DNA from: Acidimicrobiia bacterium
GTDB taxonomy: Bacteria > Actinomycetota > Acidimicrobiia > Spongiisociales > ZC4RG35
DNA length: 64,000 nucleotides
Direction of reading: 5' to 3'
NCBI GenBank assembly: GCA_050742015.1
Contig: JBOGEV010000012.1
Coordinates: forward strand, 326-64,325
Part shown: positions 26,075 through 37,875 of the stretch, piece after piece
Numbering within the stretch: the stretch's first letter is position 1
Layout of the letters: the number at the start of each line of letters is the position of its first letter
Made by a program: the position numbers and the translations under genes
Notes under the pieces: model-generated
Seen by the model: only the letters and a program-made list of their open reading frames with translations
Told to the model about the DNA's origin: nothing
Databases searched by the model: none

Positions 26075-27226
26075 TCAACCGCCCGCGGCCATGTCGGCGG
26101 CGACGATGCTGCCGTCGACCAGACCGGCGCGGATCGTCTCGATCTGGGCGGCCAGCTCGGGATCAACGGCTTCGTTGATCGGACCGATTCCGACACCATC
26201 CTCGGCGATGGTGTACTCCCGCGTCCCACCTTCGAACGTGCCCTGGGCGACAGCCTCGATAGCCGAGGAAGCGGCCACATCCAGACCCTTGAGCACCGAG
26301 GTGAGGGTCACGTCGCTGTACTCGGGGAGCGTCTGGAACCAGTCGGCGTCCACACCGATGACCCACACATTGCCCAGCTCCTGAGCCAGTGCTGCGGAGC
26401 CGACACCAACTGGCCCTGCCACCGGCAGGATGACGTCGGCACCCTCGTCCACGAAGGACTGGGTCAGGTTCCGGCCGTTGTCGGCGTTCTCAAAGTCACC
26501 GGTGAAAGATCCGGTCTGCTCCTCGGGGTTCCAGCCCAAGGTCTGAACATCGGTTCCATTCTCCTGGTTGTAGTACCGGACTCCATAGACGAATCCGTCC
26601 ATGAAGCAGGTCACACCGCAGGGGATCTGGATGCCGCCATAAGTGGCGACCACGCCCGTTTGACTCACGCCTGCTGCCAGGTACCCGGCGAGGAAGGCGG
26701 CGTCGGTGGTGCCGAACACCGCTCCCTGGAGGTTGTCGAGCTCGGATGTGGCATCGATGATCTGGAACAGTTGATCAGGGTTGGCCTCGGCCGCAGCCGT
26801 GATGTCGGCGGCAAGCAGGAATCCTGCCGCGATGATCAGGTCACATCCCTCGTCGACAAACGACTGGATGTTGGGTGCGTAGTCCGTAGGCGCCTGTGAC
26901 TCCAGGAACTTCGAGTCCTCGGTGGCGGTCCCCGCCTCGATCGCGTTCAAGACGCCCTGCCAGGCGGTCTGGTTGAACGACTTGTCGTCGATCCCGCCGG
27001 TGTCGGACACCTGACAGGCGAGGATTGCCTCTCCAGCAGGCTCCTCACCGCCGGCTGTGGTGGTGGGCTCTTCCTCGGCGGCCGTCGTCGTTGGCTCTTC
27101 GGCGGCGGTCGTGGTTGGCTCCTCGCCCGCCGTTGTCGTGGTGTCTCCACCCTCGCCGTCGCCGCAGGCCGCAAGGACCAACGCGAAGACGGAGATGAGG
27201 GCGAGATACCGCAGATAGCGTTTCAC
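26075..27226 (-). CDS. BMP-family ABC transporter substrate-binding lipoprotein (PnrA/Med-like)
   Basis: Lipobox LVLAAC after a signal peptide, and a BMP-like body (DKSFNQTAWQG; GVDADW). GTG start at 27226 lies 8 nt after GGAGGA. Confidence 0.85.
   Translation of the reverse strand: MKRYLRYLALISVFALVLAACGDGEGGDTTTTAGEEPTTTAAEEPTTTAAEEEPTTTAGGEEPAGEAILACQVSDTGGIDDKSFNQTAWQGVLNAIEAGTATEDSKFLESQAPTDYAPNIQSFVDEGCDLIIAAGFLLAADITAAAEANPDQLFQIIDATSELDNLQGAVFGTTDAAFLAGYLAAGVSQTGVVATYGGIQIPCGVTCFMDGFVYGVRYYNQENGTDVQTLGWNPEEQTGSFTGDFENADNGRNLTQSFVDEGADVILPVAGPVGVGSAALAQELGNVWVIGVDADWFQTLPEYSDVTLTSVLKGLDVAASSAIEAVAQGTFEGGTREYTIAEDGVGIGPINEAVDPELAAQIETIRAGLVDGSIVAADMAAGG
27038..27142 (-). repeat. In-frame tandem coding repeat (EEPTTTAA-like units) in the lipoprotein linker
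   Basis: [11 protein letters not shown] reads TTTTAGEEPTTTAAEEPTTTAAEEEPTTTAGGEEP, directly after the lipobox cysteine. Confidence 0.8.
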
Positions 27227-27284
27227 GCTGGTTTTCCTCCGTTTATCTGGAAGTGGCAGGGAAATACCCTGCCGACAAGTCACA

Positions 27285-27950
27285 TTAACGGCCATTTCGG
27301 GGGTAGGTCGCCGTGAGGGGGTCAGGTCGGACCCAATAGATCCAGGGGATGGAGATCACCGTGACGATCCCCTTGAACACGACATTGACCCAGAAGATCG
27401 ACCAGGCCACCTCGGTGGGAAACACGCCGAACGCGGTGGCCAAACCAACGAACACGGCGGAGTCGACCGGGATCGCCACTGCGTTGCTTGTCAGGACCCG
27501 GCCCCATTGCAGACGATCACCAAAGTGGTTCGTCCATCGCTGATAGGCCTCGGTGTCGATGAGCTCGGAGACGACCTCGGCCAGGATCGAAGCCACCACG
27601 ATTCCCCATACCGGGGAGAGGACCGTCCCGAACTCGAGCTGAGGGCCGGTCACCGGGTCCGGTGGGAGACGGCCGACCAGCCAGAAGAACCCGGCCATGA
27701 AGACATTGATCCCGGCGGCGAGAAAGATGATGGTCCGAGCCGCCTCCTTCCCCGCGACCTTGTGCACGAGATCGCGGAGTGTGAAGGTGAAGGGATAGAT
27801 CAGGGTGCCGGCGTCCACCGGGTAGCCGGCCACGGTGATGATGCGGAGACTTGCGATGTCCGCCATCATCTGGGCGGCGACGTAGGCGCCACCGACGATC
27901 AGCAGCGTTCGTATCGCCCGGTTCACGGGTGCCCTGCCATACCTGTGCAC
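27285..27950 (-). CDS. yhhQ: Queuosine-precursor transporter family protein (YhhQ/DUF165, VUT family)
   Basis: Typical segments PVDAGTLIYPFTFTLRDLVHK and LTSNAVAIPVDSAVF. Start is uncertain (GTG at 27950 or 27926). The long ORF-track N-terminus was rejected. Confidence 0.75.
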   Translation of the reverse strand: MHRYGRAPVNRAIRTLLIVGGAYVAAQMMADIASLRIITVAGYPVDAGTLIYPFTFTLRDLVHKVAGKEAARTIIFLAAGINVFMAGFFWLVGRLPPDPVTGPQLEFGTVLSPVWGIVVASILAEVVSELIDTEAYQRWTNHFGDRLQWGRVLTSNAVAIPVDSAVFVGLATAFGVFPTEVAWSIFWVNVVFKGIVTVISIPWIYWVRPDPLTATYPRNGR

Positions 27951-28001
27951 GAAGTTAGAGCCAGAATGTCGATCGTGGGTTTCGTTGCCTCCATCCGACG
28001 C

Positions 28002-29279
28002 ATGGCCGACGCCACCCCGCCGGAGCGCAACCGTGTGGTGGACCTGCTCCGCGCCGCGTCGATCCTCGTCGTCGTGTTCGGCCACTGGCTCATGGCGGCC
28101 GTGACGATCGAGAGCGGAGAGCTGGTCGCCGGGCACCTCTTGATCCTCGCCGACTGGACTCACCCCCTCACCTGGGTGTTCCAGGTCATGCCCGTCTTCT
28201 TCCTCGTCGGGGGCTACGCCAACGGGTTGTCGTGGCGGTCGGCACGGCGCCGTGGCGAGAGCTATGGGGGCTGGCTCCGGGCGCGGCTCCGCCGGCTCAT
28301 CCTGCCCGTCGTGCCCTTGCTCCTGTTCTGGACGGCGGGAGGGTGGCTCGGGCTGAGGCTCGGTCTCGATTGGGAGGTGCTCCAGCTCGCCTCCCAGGTG
28401 GCCCTCGTGCCGACCTGGTTCCTCGCCGCGTATGTGGTGATCGTCACCATCGCCCCGCTGGCGCTCTGGATCTGGGAGCGTTGGGGGTGGTGGACCATCG
28501 TGGGCGGGATCGCCCTGGCCGGCCTCTGCGACTGGCTCTCGATCGGCGCCGGCATGGTCCCGGTTGGCTTCCTCAATTACATCTTGGTCTGGGGAACGGT
28601 CCACCAGATCGGGTACGCCTGGCTCGACGGCAGGCTGGACCAGGTCTGGAAGCGGCTGCTCATGGCCGGGATCGGTCTGGGCGGGACCCTGCTCCTGGTA
28701 GGCCTCGGGCCCTACCCGGTGGCGATGGTCGGCCTCGACACCAACGAGATCACCAACTCATACCCGCCACGGGTGACCCTGGCCTTTCTCGGCATGTTCC
28801 AGTCCGGGGTCGCGCTTGCCCTCGAGCGTCCCCTGCAAAGACTGATGCAGCGGAGGGGTGCCTGGACGTTCGTGGTCGGGGTGAGCGCCCGGATCATGAC
28901 CCTCTACCTCTGGCATCTGACTGCGATGGTGATCGTCATCGGGCTCTCGCTGGCGGTTGGGGGATTCGGGCTCGGTATCGAGCCTCTCACTGCCGGCTGG
29001 TGGCTCAGCCGGCCGATCTGGTTCCTGGTGGTGGGGCTGGTGACGGTGTCGATGGTGGCCATCTTCGGTCGCTTCGAGAATCCGGTCGAAGACCTTCGCC
29101 CTGCGCCTTCCTGGTGGCGGCCGGTCTTGGCGGTGTTGGGGATCTGCGCCGGACTCGGCCTGCTCGCCGCCATCGGCATCGCCGATGACGAGGGCCTCAA
29201 CGGCCTCGTCCTCAGCCTCCCCATCCTCGGCGTGGTGGTCGGCGGGATCTCCCGCCTCCCGGCGCTACGTCGAACCTGA
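28002..29279 (+). CDS. Acyltransferase family 3 membrane protein
   Basis: N-terminal RVVDLLRAASILVVVFGHW and about 10 TM helices. Start is ATG 28002 or 27966. The ORF-track start at 27507 is antisense to yhhQ. Confidence 0.75.
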   Translation: MADATPPERNRVVDLLRAASILVVVFGHWLMAAVTIESGELVAGHLLILADWTHPLTWVFQVMPVFFLVGGYANGLSWRSARRRGESYGGWLRARLRRLILPVVPLLLFWTAGGWLGLRLGLDWEVLQLASQVALVPTWFLAAYVVIVTIAPLALWIWERWGWWTIVGGIALAGLCDWLSIGAGMVPVGFLNYILVWGTVHQIGYAWLDGRLDQVWKRLLMAGIGLGGTLLLVGLGPYPVAMVGLDTNEITNSYPPRVTLAFLGMFQSGVALALERPLQRLMQRRGAWTFVVGVSARIMTLYLWHLTAMVIVIGLSLAVGGFGLGIEPLTAGWWLSRPIWFLVVGLVTVSMVAIFGRFENPVEDLRPAPSWWRPVLAVLGICAGLGLLAAIGIADDEGLNGLVLSLPILGVVVGGISRLPALRRT

Positions 29280-29319
29280 GGTTCTGCGTTCCACATATGG
29301 AACTAACAGTCTCAGGTTC
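29272..29319. repeat. Structured repeat, left copy
   Basis: GAACCTGAG-gttctgc-GTTCC-acatat-GGAAC-taacagt-CTCAGGTTC. The outer 9-bp arms and inner 5-bp arms are self-complementary. Confidence 0.9.
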
Positions 29320-29342
29320 CCCGGGCAGACACCCCTGGAATC

Positions 29343-30281
29343 TTGCGCCGCAAGCTGACATGCTGGACGTCGGTGGGAGAGAAGACATTGCGCCTCATCG
29401 GGCACGCTCGTGCCAACGGTGGAGTCATCACGACAGCTGAGGCCCAAGCGCTCGGCTTCAGCCGGACCACACTGTCGAGATGGGCCCAGACGGGTGCCTT
29501 GACCCGAGTCCAACGAGGTGTCTTCGCCCTGCCCGGGCTCAACTTGAGCGAGGAGGAGGTGCTCGAGGATGCTTGCCGACGCCTGATTGCGGTTGTCTCC
29601 CACCATTCCGCTGCGAGGCTGCACCTCTTCGACGGCGTGCCGCGGGCGGCTCCCTGCGTGACGGTGCCGCATCGGCTCACCCACAGATTCCCAGGCGTCT
29701 ACGTCCATCAATCAACGGACATCACCGACGACGAGCTCGTCTCGATTCGGGGTCTTCCGGTCACCAGCCCGGAGCGCACCATCATCGACCTGGCCGCAAT
29801 CGTCGGAGACGGCCGAATGGATTGGATTCTCGATCGCGCCCTGTCTTCAGGAACAGTCGACCTTGCGAGGTTGTCGGACCTCTTCTCCACGCTGGGCCGC
29901 CGTGGCAAGCCCGGGACCACGAGGGTCAGACGGATGCTCGAGAAGCGAGACGCCTCGTACACGCCCCCGGATACCGTCCTCGAGCAGCGACTCCTCGGGA
30001 TCATCGAGGGAGACGGCCTGCCCAAGCCGGAGCTGCAGTTTCGACCATCGTGGCTGGTGCCGACCCAGGGCCGGGTCGACTTCGCGTATCCGGATCAGCA
30101 GTTGGTGGTCGAAGGGGACAGTCGCAAATGGCATCTGCTGATGGAGTCGTTCCAGATCGATCGGCACCGTGACAATCAAGCGCAGTTGGCCGGATGGCGC
30201 ATCCTTCGCTTCACTTGGAAGGACATCGTCGAGGAGCCTCTCATGGTGGCGAACTCGATCCGTACTGGGTTGGGTCTGTAG
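29343..30281 (+). CDS. DUF559 (Vsr/endonuclease-like) domain protein with N-terminal AbiEi-type HTH
   Basis: N-terminus GGVITTAEAQALGFSRTTLSRWAQTGALTRVQRGVFALPG. C-terminus RVDFAYPDQQLVVEGDSRKWH ... LAGWRILRFTW. Start is uncertain (TTG 29343, GTG 29373). Confidence 0.8.
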   Translation: MRRKLTCWTSVGEKTLRLIGHARANGGVITTAEAQALGFSRTTLSRWAQTGALTRVQRGVFALPGLNLSEEEVLEDACRRLIAVVSHHSAARLHLFDGVPRAAPCVTVPHRLTHRFPGVYVHQSTDITDDELVSIRGLPVTSPERTIIDLAAIVGDGRMDWILDRALSSGTVDLARLSDLFSTLGRRGKPGTTRVRRMLEKRDASYTPPDTVLEQRLLGIIEGDGLPKPELQFRPSWLVPTQGRVDFAYPDQQLVVEGDSRKWHLLMESFQIDRHRDNQAQLAGWRILRFTWKDIVEEPLMVANSIRTGLGL

Positions 30282-30308
30282 CTCAGCCCTTGAACCTGGT
30301 GGAATCGA

Positions 30309-30358
30309 CGAACCTGAGACAGTTGGTTCCACATATGGAACGTGGAACCTCAGGTTCG
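30309..30358. repeat. Structured repeat, right copy (inverted relative to left copy)
   Basis: CGAACCTGAG-acagttg-GTTCC-acatat-GGAAC-gtggaac-CTCAGGTTCG. Its reverse complement matches the left copy at 43/50 positions, against 37/50 in direct orientation (hand count). Confidence 0.9.
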
Positions 30359-30371
30359 GCGTAACACCGGC

Positions 30372-31025
30372 CTACTCGATGACGGCGAGGAGGGCGGGGT
30401 TGAGGCGGTTGTAGCCGACGAGGTTGGGGTCGGTGACGCCGGCGTACTCCCAGTGCCAGGGCTCCTGGCCGGGTTGTCCGCAGTGGGCCCAGTCGGGATG
30501 CACCCACCCGAAGCGATATGCGTTGCCCTGCAGCCAGCGGAAGGTTTCGTCCGAGCAGCCGAGGACGCCACGCCCATCGGTGAAGTCGACGGCCCGGCCC
30601 CATCCGTGGTTGGAGTGCCCGGCCTTGGCGATCGGAGGCCCGCTGCACACGATCTCGGCCGTGACCCCGGTCTGCACGGTGACTCCAGTCAAAGGGTCGA
30701 CCCCGAAGACCGGAGTCTCGACCAAGGGACAACGAGCGCTGTAGGCGTTCGCCTGGGTGCGGTACGACCGGTAGCAGTCCTCGTACCCGAGTCGGACGTC
30801 ATCCGCAGCGGCTGCCTCCATCATCAATGCATACATGTAGGCGGCGTCTCGCTCCAGGGTGCAGCCGTCCATGGTCATGAGGCGGGAATCTTCCATGCTG
30901 CCGTTGACGTACCCGTCGGCCTGGAGGTCGAGGGTGTAGGCCTCGTCGCTCGCGGGGACATACTGAGGGGTGGGCAGTGCGGCGACTGCGGTCGAGATGG
31001 CGAGAATAAAAGCGATTATTGGCAT
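30372..31025 (-). CDS. M15-family D-Ala-D-Ala carboxypeptidase/VanY-like metallopeptidase
   Basis: Signal peptide, then the zinc-ligand motifs SNHGWGRAVDF and EPWHWEY. Confidence 0.8.
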   Translation of the reverse strand: MPIIAFILAISTAVAALPTPQYVPASDEAYTLDLQADGYVNGSMEDSRLMTMDGCTLERDAAYMYALMMEAAAADDVRLGYEDCYRSYRTQANAYSARCPLVETPVFGVDPLTGVTVQTGVTAEIVCSGPPIAKAGHSNHGWGRAVDFTDGRGVLGCSDETFRWLQGNAYRFGWVHPDWAHCGQPGQEPWHWEYAGVTDPNLVGYNRLNPALLAVIE

Positions 31026-31072
31026 GCCGATTGGAGACCATCATCGGCAAAAAGCCCCGCCAGCTTTAGCGA

Positions 31073-33559
<2,487 letters not shown>

Positions 33560-33659
33560 TCGTGACTCCCACGGCTGACATACGGAAGTTTACCACCGGG
33601 TGGTCATTGACCTTCGAGCTTGGCTCTCGACGAATGGACACGTAATACCATCGTCATGG

Positions 33660-34649
33660 ATGGAAGACCTCCAAAGCCTCATTCGGATACCAAATGTCTG
33701 GGTTTCGCTCACACGCGTCGAGGAGAGGCTGCTCGAGGCCGCGGCGGCCGACGACCCTTACCTGACCAAGATCGCCCAACACCTGCTTCTCGCCGGCGGC
33801 AAGCGCTTCCGGCCGCTCCTCGCCTTGCTCGCCGCCCAGTTTGGTGAAGCGCGGGATCATCGCCCTGTGGAAGCCGGCGTGTCGGTGGAGTTGATCCACG
33901 TCGGATCGCTGTACCACGACGACGTCATCGACGAGGCGGATGTCCGACGGGGCGCCGCTTCGGTGAACGCCAATTGGAGCAACACGGTTGCCATCCTCGC
34001 CGGCGACTTCTTGATGGCACGCGCCTCCGAAGTCGCCGCCACCCACCTCAGCCAGGATTCGGTCCGGCTCCTCGCCACCACATACGCGGAGTTGGTCGAA
34101 GGCCAGACCCGCGAGCTCCAGCTCGATTTCAACCTCGATCACACTGTCGCCGAGTACGAGCAGGTCATCGCGGGCAAGACGGCCTCTCTGATCAGGACCT
34201 CCGCTCGTCTCGGGGCGATGGCCGCCGACGCCGACGCTGGCGTGGTCAAAGCCCTGTCGGACTGGGCTTGGGAGCTGGGAATGGTGTTCCAGATCGCTGA
34301 TGACGCCCTCGACCTGGTCGCCGACGAGGAGACCATCGGCAAGCCTGCCGGGTCGGACATCAGGGAGGGGAAGTACACGATGCCGGTCCTCGAGGCGCTG
34401 GCAGGGCCGGACGGTGAACGGGTCCGATCGCTGCTGGGTAACCCGCATCCGTACCCCGACTCGGTGGTGAGAGATGTGATCGAAATCGTGCGATCCGGGG
34501 GTCACGTCGACAACTCCCTGGCCGAGGCAACCCGTCGACTCGGGGTGGCGTCCAAAGCCCTGGATGTGGTCCCCGACGAGAATCCGAAGCAGATCCTGGA
34601 AGGACTCGGAAGCTACCTGCTGGAACGGGTGGACGCGGCGCGAACCTAG
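33660..34649 (+). CDS. Polyprenyl diphosphate synthase (trans-isoprenyl diphosphate synthase family)
   Basis: First and second Asp-rich motifs LYHDDVIDEAD and FQIADDALD. Start placed at the ATG at 33660. Confidence 0.85.
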   Translation: MEDLQSLIRIPNVWVSLTRVEERLLEAAAADDPYLTKIAQHLLLAGGKRFRPLLALLAAQFGEARDHRPVEAGVSVELIHVGSLYHDDVIDEADVRRGAASVNANWSNTVAILAGDFLMARASEVAATHLSQDSVRLLATTYAELVEGQTRELQLDFNLDHTVAEYEQVIAGKTASLIRTSARLGAMAADADAGVVKALSDWAWELGMVFQIADDALDLVADEETIGKPAGSDIREGKYTMPVLEALAGPDGERVRSLLGNPHPYPDSVVRDVIEIVRSGGHVDNSLAEATRRLGVASKALDVVPDENPKQILEGLGSYLLERVDAART

Positions 34650-34654
34650 AACGC

Positions 34655-36139
34655 TCAGGCCTCCGGCCTGAGCGTGGGGAACAAGATGACCTCCCGGATG
34701 TGGGCCTGGTCGGTGAGGAGCATGACCAGACGATCGACCCCGATCCCGAGCCCCCCGGTCGGGGGGAGCCCGTACTCCAGTGCCAACAGGTAGTCCTCGT
34801 CGACAGGGTGGGCCTCTTCGTCGCCTGCCGCCCGGGCCGCTGCCTGGGTCTCGAATCTCTCCCTCTGATCGTCCGGGTCGTTGAGCTCGCTGAACGCGTT
34901 GGCGTACTCTGAGCCGGCGATCACCAGCTCGAACCTGTCAGCGAGACGGGGGTCGTCGCGGTTGCGACGCGCCAGAGGGGAGATCTCCACCGGCTGATGG
35001 GTCACGAATGTGGGTTCCCAGATGCCGGGCTCGACCACCTCCTCATATATCTCCGAGATGATCCGAGCCGGGCTCCAAACCTCTTCGACTGCGACCCCCA
35101 TCTGAACGGCGCGAGTCACCAATTGGTCCACCGCAGTGTCCAGGTCCACCTGTTCACCCACGACCTCGGAAACCAGCTCGATCATCGTGGCCCGGCGGAA
35201 CGGCGGCGACAGGTCGACGTCCCGACCCTGATAGCTGATCGACAGGCCGCCGGTGACCGTCGCGGTGACACCGCTGACCACCCCCTCCACCAGGGTCAAC
35301 ATGTCCGAGTTGTCGGCCAGGGCTTGATATGCCTCGAGCATGGTGAATTCGGGGTTGTGAGTGGAGTCGATCCCCTCATTGCGGAAGATCCGACCGATCT
35401 CGAAGACTCTTTCCATCCCCCCCACCACCAGCCGCTTGAGATAGAGCTCAGTGGCGATCCTGAGGAACATCTCCATGTCGAGAGCGTGATGATGGGTGGC
35501 GAAGGGGCGGGCAGTGGCCCCCGTCGCCTGGCGGAGAAGCACGGGGGTCTCCACTTCGACGAACCCCCTCGCCTCGAACTGCCGGCGCAGCTCGCTGACC
35601 ACTTTGGCCCGGGTCACGGCGGTCCTCCGCGCCTCCTCGTTGACCATGAGGTCGAGGTAGCGCCGTCTGCTCCGGATCTCCACGTCGTGAAGGCCGTGCC
35701 ACTTGTCGGGGAGTGGTCGGAGGCTCTTTTGGAGAATGACGAAATCGTCGACCCGCACACTCAGCTCGCCCTTGCGGGTGGTCATGATGACCCCCGAGGC
35801 GCCGAGCCAATCCCCGAGGTCAATCCGGGAGAATCGGTCCGCCTCCTCCTCGCCGAGGGTGGCCCGGTCCACGAACAACTGGATCGTCCCAGAGTCGTCC
35901 TGGAGGGTCCCGAACTGGAGTTTGCCGAAGGATCGATGCAGCATCAGCCGACCTGCGACCGACACCCGCTCCCCGGCATCCGCGCCCGGTCCCAGGTCGG
36001 CGAACCTCTCGTGCAGCTCGGCGGCCATATGAGTGCGCTCGTAACGGTGGGGATAGCCGCCGGCGGCGAGGATCTCCTGATGGTGCTCCCTCCGCCCGGT
36101 CACGACTGGATCTAGGCCCTGGTCGGATGTCTCGCTCAT
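34655..36139 (-). CDS. lysS: Lysine--tRNA ligase (class II)
   Basis: OB-fold N-domain and class II motifs (FVEVETPVL; FRNEGID; GLGIGVDRLVMLL). 494 aa. Confidence 0.95.
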   Translation of the reverse strand: MSETSDQGLDPVVTGRREHHQEILAAGGYPHRYERTHMAAELHERFADLGPGADAGERVSVAGRLMLHRSFGKLQFGTLQDDSGTIQLFVDRATLGEEEADRFSRIDLGDWLGASGVIMTTRKGELSVRVDDFVILQKSLRPLPDKWHGLHDVEIRSRRRYLDLMVNEEARRTAVTRAKVVSELRRQFEARGFVEVETPVLLRQATGATARPFATHHHALDMEMFLRIATELYLKRLVVGGMERVFEIGRIFRNEGIDSTHNPEFTMLEAYQALADNSDMLTLVEGVVSGVTATVTGGLSISYQGRDVDLSPPFRRATMIELVSEVVGEQVDLDTAVDQLVTRAVQMGVAVEEVWSPARIISEIYEEVVEPGIWEPTFVTHQPVEISPLARRNRDDPRLADRFELVIAGSEYANAFSELNDPDDQRERFETQAAARAAGDEEAHPVDEDYLLALEYGLPPTGGLGIGVDRLVMLLTDQAHIREVILFPTLRPEA

Positions 36140-36175
36140 GTCACTCGGAGCTCGGGTAGCGGCAGGGTACTGGCA

Positions 36176-37054
36176 CTAGGTGAGCCGGCTCGGCTCGTTT
36201 AGGAGGAGGCCGCGGTCAGGCACCGGTCGGCTGTCATCCCAGTCGAAAGTGATGTTGTCGATGAGCCGGACTCCCCCCACGTGAGCCGCGGCTGCCAGCA
36301 CCGCGGGTTGATCGAGACTCTCGATAGGCACCATGGTCTCCTTGGAGGCCAGCGTCGCATAGTCCACTTCCAGGCCCTTCATCGACTTGCGCACCGTCGC
36401 CTCGAGCCGCTCACCACGACGCTCCCCGGCATCCACCTGCTCGGCTGCCTGGAACAATCCGCGACTGATGGCCAGTGCTCGCTCGCGGGACATCCTGTCG
36501 AGCCGGACATTTCGGCTCGAGAGGGCCAGACCGTCGGGCTCTCGGACCAGCGGGGCGTCGATCACCGAGACCGGGAATCTGAGATCCCGCACCATCGCCC
36601 GCAGCACCGCGATCTGTTGTGCGTCCTTGCGACCGAACATCGCGAGGTCGGGAGCCAGCCCGGCGAACAGCTTGGCAACAACCGTGGCGACACCGGTGAA
36701 ATGGCCGGCGCGATACCTCCCCTCCATCTCCTGAGAGACTCCCCCGACATCGACGATGGTGGTCTCCCCGACCGGGTAGACCTCGTCATGCTCGGGAGCA
36801 AAGAGCAAGTCGACCCCGTGTTGCTCGGCGAGGCCGGCATCGCGGTCGGTGTCCCGGGGGTAGGCGGCAAAGTCGTTCTTGTCGTCGAACTGTGTGGGGT
36901 TCACGAACAGCGACACAACCAGCGTGTCACAGTGTTCTCGAAGGAGGTCCATCAGTGCCAGGTGGCCCTCATGGAAGAAGCCCATCGTCGGCAGCAGCCC
37001 GACCGTGCCCCGGTACTTCTCGCGAGTGCCGGCGAAGGTCCGCGTCACCTCCAT
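36176..37054 (-). CDS. panC: Pantoate--beta-alanine ligase
   Basis: LPTMGFFHEGHLALM, VVSLFVNPTQF and MFGRKDAQQ motifs. Start at the ATG at 37054. The ORF-track N-terminus overlaps the upstream gene. Confidence 0.9.
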   Translation of the reverse strand: MEVTRTFAGTREKYRGTVGLLPTMGFFHEGHLALMDLLREHCDTLVVSLFVNPTQFDDKNDFAAYPRDTDRDAGLAEQHGVDLLFAPEHDEVYPVGETTIVDVGGVSQEMEGRYRAGHFTGVATVVAKLFAGLAPDLAMFGRKDAQQIAVLRAMVRDLRFPVSVIDAPLVREPDGLALSSRNVRLDRMSRERALAISRGLFQAAEQVDAGERRGERLEATVRKSMKGLEVDYATLASKETMVPIESLDQPAVLAAAAHVGGVRLIDNITFDWDDSRPVPDRGLLLNEPSRLT

Positions 37055-37836
37055 TGGTCGACGTCGCCTTTCCGGTCGGCCCGGATGGCGGTTGCCTCGG
37101 CCATCAGCCTGTACTGAGCCCCAACCGCCTCCGAGACCCGTCGCGCCGCCTCGAGTTGGCCGACCACCGTGGAGACATCGCCGCGGGCAATGGGCCCGGT
37201 CAACGACGACTCGGCGCCGGACTCGTAGAGGTTCGCCACTGCCTGCTCCACCAAGGGGCGGGTGACCGCGGGATCCACTTGGGCGGCCCCCATCAGGTCG
37301 CCCGCCGTGGCCAGAGCGGTCAGGACGAAGTTCGCCGCCGCCGAAGCCCCCGCGTGATACCCCGGTCGGGAGGCGTCGTCGAGCCGAAATGGGGTCATGT
37401 GGAGCGATGTCGCCAGCTCGGTCAGGGTCTCGATCGCTGCCGGTGCGCCCCCGATACCCACATAGGCGCCGGCCAGGGCGGCAGCACCCCGCTCGGGATC
37501 GGGAAGCGTCTGGAGCGGGTGCAACCCGCCAGTGGCGACCCCGGCCGCGGCGAGGTCGTGGAGCGCGGTGACCGGGGTGAATCCGGAGAGGTGAGCCGCC
37601 ACCGGGACCGATCGGGATCCAGATGCGAGCCGGGCGGACACCTCTTCGATGGCGTCGTCCCGCACCGCGACCACGAGCAGATCGGACTCGGGCAGCGGCT
37701 GGTCCCACGTCAGTGCGGGCCCATATCTCGTTTCGCCGGTTCGGGACAAGACTCCGGCAATCTCGTGACCAGCCCGCTTGGCGGCAAGGGCCACCGCGCC
37801 TCCGGCCCGCCCCGGGCCCACGATTGTCAATCTCAC
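37045..37836 (-). CDS. Rossmann-fold / DUF2520 domain protein (ketopantoate-reductase-like, Rv3603c-type)
   Basis: N-terminal IVGPGRAGGAV dinucleotide-binding motif. Its position directly upstream of panC matches other actinobacteria (recollection). Confidence 0.7.
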   Translation of the reverse strand: MRLTIVGPGRAGGAVALAAKRAGHEIAGVLSRTGETRYGPALTWDQPLPESDLLVVAVRDDAIEEVSARLASGSRSVPVAAHLSGFTPVTALHDLAAAGVATGGLHPLQTLPDPERGAAALAGAYVGIGGAPAAIETLTELATSLHMTPFRLDDASRPGYHAGASAAANFVLTALATAGDLMGAAQVDPAVTRPLVEQAVANLYESGAESSLTGPIARGDVSTVVGQLEAARRVSEAVGAQYRLMAEATAIRADRKGDVDQWR

Positions 37837-37875
37837 AGGTCTTCCTCCGCCGGCGTGGCGGCGGAGGCTAACGGC

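Larger units (their letters stand above)
29272..30358 (+). mobile_element. Candidate DUF559 gene cassette bounded by ~48-bp structured inverted repeats
   Basis: Left repeat at 29272..29319 and right repeat at 30309..30358 (see the repeat features). There is a single internal ORF. The unit sits between two convergent host genes, and the left repeat contains the stop codon of the acyltransferase gene. Confidence 0.35.

Noticed and set aside
27951-28001. preQ1 riboswitch upstream of the YhhQ-like queuosine-precursor transporter
   Set aside because: There is no hairpin followed by an A-rich CUA tail. The available space is only about 15-50 nt and is shared with the divergent acyltransferase start.
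30301-30330. SigH/SigR-type promoter (GGAAT-N18-GTT) within the right DUF559 repeat
   Set aside because: The spacing is 19-20 nt rather than 18, and it points toward the 3' end of a convergent gene.
33592-33604. ACCACCGGGTGGT palindrome in the clpC leader as a ClgR-type operator
   Set aside because: It does not resemble the ClgR consensus as I recall it. A single short palindrome is too weak to call.
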